Shown here: one piece after another, positions 61,901 through 64,000 of the stretch
Position numbering within the stretch: position 1 is the stretch's first letter
Layout of the letters: each line of letters begins with the position of its first letter
Assembly (NCBI GenBank): GCA_030390025.1
Contig: CM059432.1
Span: forward strand, 129,954,001-130,018,000
Direction: 5' to 3'
DNA: 64,000 bases
DNA from: Squalus acanthias
Taxonomy: Eukaryota
Notes under the pieces: model-generated
Seen by the model: only the letters and a program-made list of their open reading frames with translations
Told to the model about the DNA's origin: nothing
Database searches by the model: none
Position numbers and translations under genes: made by a program

Positions 61901-62192
61901 CATCGTGGACATTGTCGGGAAATCAACACCTTCATACAATTTGCAGAGTCTTTGCAGTCTCCAGAGGAAGCAAGGCTGCTTGCAGGTCTTAAATCCAGCA
62001 GCATTGATGACATCATCGGAGGCGACTTTCTGTATGAAAAGACTCATGGGGCCAGTGGTTCCCACACGCAGGAAATCAATTGCCCAATTAGGGGAAAATC
62101 CCACTTTTTCAACACTTTAATTAGGAGTCGGGGTCCTGACACGATTTCCACCTGGCACACCCCAGCCCGCCCACACTGACAAAATCCAGCCC
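58962..62192 (-). mobile_element. Harbinger element E5, inverted sister of E4
   Basis: TIR GGGCTCGATTTTG/CAAAATCCAGCCC, TSD TAG, same transposase deletion junction near 59657. Confidence 0.9.
59969..61912 (-). pseudogene. Three-exon Myb/SANT-like gene of E5 with nonsense codons
   Basis: MSTMKQKCAPRFDEPSLQALVHGAR*..WLQCRKRFHDL. TGA stops near 61835 and 60434. Confidence 0.85.
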
Positions 62193-62256
62193 TAGGCATT
62201 TTTCTCCGACTGAAACAGAGATGGTTAAGGGGGAATCTAACAGATTATGAAAGGTT

Positions 62257-63056
62257 AAAGAAGACCTCCACGCATCGGCAGCAGAGCTCGTGTATGGTCA
62301 GCCGCTGCGTGTACCCGGCGAGTTCCTGCCCACCGCCACGACACCCTGGTCAGCCGACCAGCAACGCCATGACTTCGCCTCACTGCTGCAGTTCGCCCCG
62401 GTGCCCATTGCCCGACACGGCGAATCCACCTCACACGTCCCACTAAGCCTGCACCAGGCACGGTTTGTTTTCGTCCGGCACGACGCCCACCGCGGACCCC
62501 TTCAACCCCCGTACGACGGGCCCTACTAGGTGCTACAGGCTGGGGACAAATCTTTCACCCTGCAAGTGGGCGACAGGACCGAAAAAGTGTCGGTGGACCG
62601 ACTCAAGCCAGCACACTTGGAGCCCGGGGAGCAGGTCTCTGTAGCTCGTCCACCTCCACGCGGCCGACCTACCCTCAAGCCGGTTCACCCGGCTGCTCCA
62701 CGCCCGGCCGTTCCACGTCCACCGGTGTCCTACAAGAGCCACTCCGGCCGGCCCATCAGACCGCCGCACCGTCTCGTCCACACCTCCTAAGCGGATTCTG
62801 GGGGGAGCTGTGTGGCGGATCGCCACCTAAAACGGGCATAATCCACTCTTCCGTCTGTGGACAAATTTCCAGCACCTTCCCCTTTAAGGCAGAAGGGGGC
62901 GGGGCCTCAGGTTTTACCCAGAGAATTCTGGGAGTTTTTCCAGAGAATTCTGGGAGCAGCTCTTGGAGCCATTTTGTGTGCCATGCAGTGAATAAAAGTT
63001 TCTTGTTTTCCACATATGGATTCAGCCTCCATTCGTGTTTCGCGGCAGCCTCAACA
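62257..63056 (+). mobile_element. Gypsy retrotransposon 3' fragment: integrase C-terminus, PPT and 3' LTR (~62811-63056)
   Basis: SAAELVYGQPLRVPGEF..LQPPYDGPY*V..VSVDRLKPA (GPY/F motif), PPT GGGGGGAG, LTR TGT...ACA with AATAAA at 62991. Confidence 0.88.
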
Positions 63057-64000
63057 AAAGATTCTTTCCACTGTTTGGTGAATCAGTAACAAAAGGCCCA
63101 AGACGAACATCATGAACAGAATGAAGGAGGAAGTTAAAAAAATTAGCGTCAAGGGTTATTAAAAGTGACTATTAAACAGAGACGATAACATTATAGTAAA
63201 GAAAATTGGATAAGTATTGGAAAAGGTATTACAGAAAGAGAGCAGGAAATGGGATTAGGCAGCTGCAATTGGCAGCCAACACTGACACAAGTGCATTGGG
63301 CTGAATGACCTCCTTCAGGTGCTGCATTTTCTATGAATGTAAAAGGTGAAGTATTGTTTTCACTGAAAACTTGGGCTAAAAAATTTTTTTGGCTTCAACA
63401 AACAGCATCTGCATTGATTTAGAGAGAAGTTCCCACTCACTTACATCATCAGAGACGGAGAAAAGTTCTCCATGCACTGTGTAGGAAGCCCATGAATACA
63501 TTTATAAAGAACACATTGGCCGGGAAATTCCTCGAGCTGCTCCCGCTCCGCCAGCGTTACTTTGCCATAAATTCAGGAGAACTCCCCCTGCCCCCCGTTC
63601 ACAGGCATAAACAGGGGCAATTCTGAGGCATTTCTTGGCCATTCTAATTTCACTATACATAGCACACACAGGAACTCTTTCTTCCAGGTGTGCGGAGATT
63701 AAAGGATCATTAGAGTAAAATCGCACTGTGTGACTGTAGCATTAATGTATTCATATGAAATTCCTCCGCCCGATATTTTAATGAAGGCTTTTATCCTGGG
63801 TTATTGCCTTTGTTAAAGTACCAGAGAAATTTCATGCAACTATGTTAATGTATTTGTATACTATCACACAGCACAGATTCATCCCCATGTGTGTGATTGT
63901 ACTTATTATGCTGTTAGATGTATGGATCACTGCTGTCACGGACTTCTATGCTACTAGCTCTTTCTGTGTCCCAGGGAATGATTATAGGGGGGTCTCTCAG

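Noticed and set aside
62257..63060. AAAG on both sides of the Gypsy fragment as a TSD
   Set aside because: The 5' LTR is absent and host CR1 bases appear to be missing, so a post-insertion deletion is more likely than a true TSD.

Overview
Eukaryotic, repeat-dominated intergenic or intronic DNA with no recognisable host exon. The repeat mix (CR1 LINEs with short-repeat 3' tails, L2 and related LINEs, a SacSINE1/DeuSINE-like SINE, Penelope-like elements) suggests a cartilaginous fish, probably a shark; this is an inference. The window is dominated by PIF/Harbinger DNA transposons. One element (13797-17958) has an open DDE transposase and an open three-exon Myb/SANT-like gene, and a decayed inverted sister lies at 7005-11213. 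A second lineage appears only as complementary halves: a transposase-only element (13278-20745), two Myb-only elements (48048-51314, 58962-62192) and a double-deleted copy. Several Harbinger-type MITE families carry promoter-like motifs next to arrays of back-to-back hairpins, and in one family the stems change sequence between subfamilies while keeping pairing; this is the most novel-looking signal. Also present are Penelope-like elements with minimal hammerhead ribozyme motifs, hAT-type MITEs, a solo LTR, a Gypsy 3' fragment and a ~17.7 kb multi-level nested insertion. All calls are from reading the sequence by eye; family names need confirmation by database search, and boundaries of old LINE fragments are approximate.
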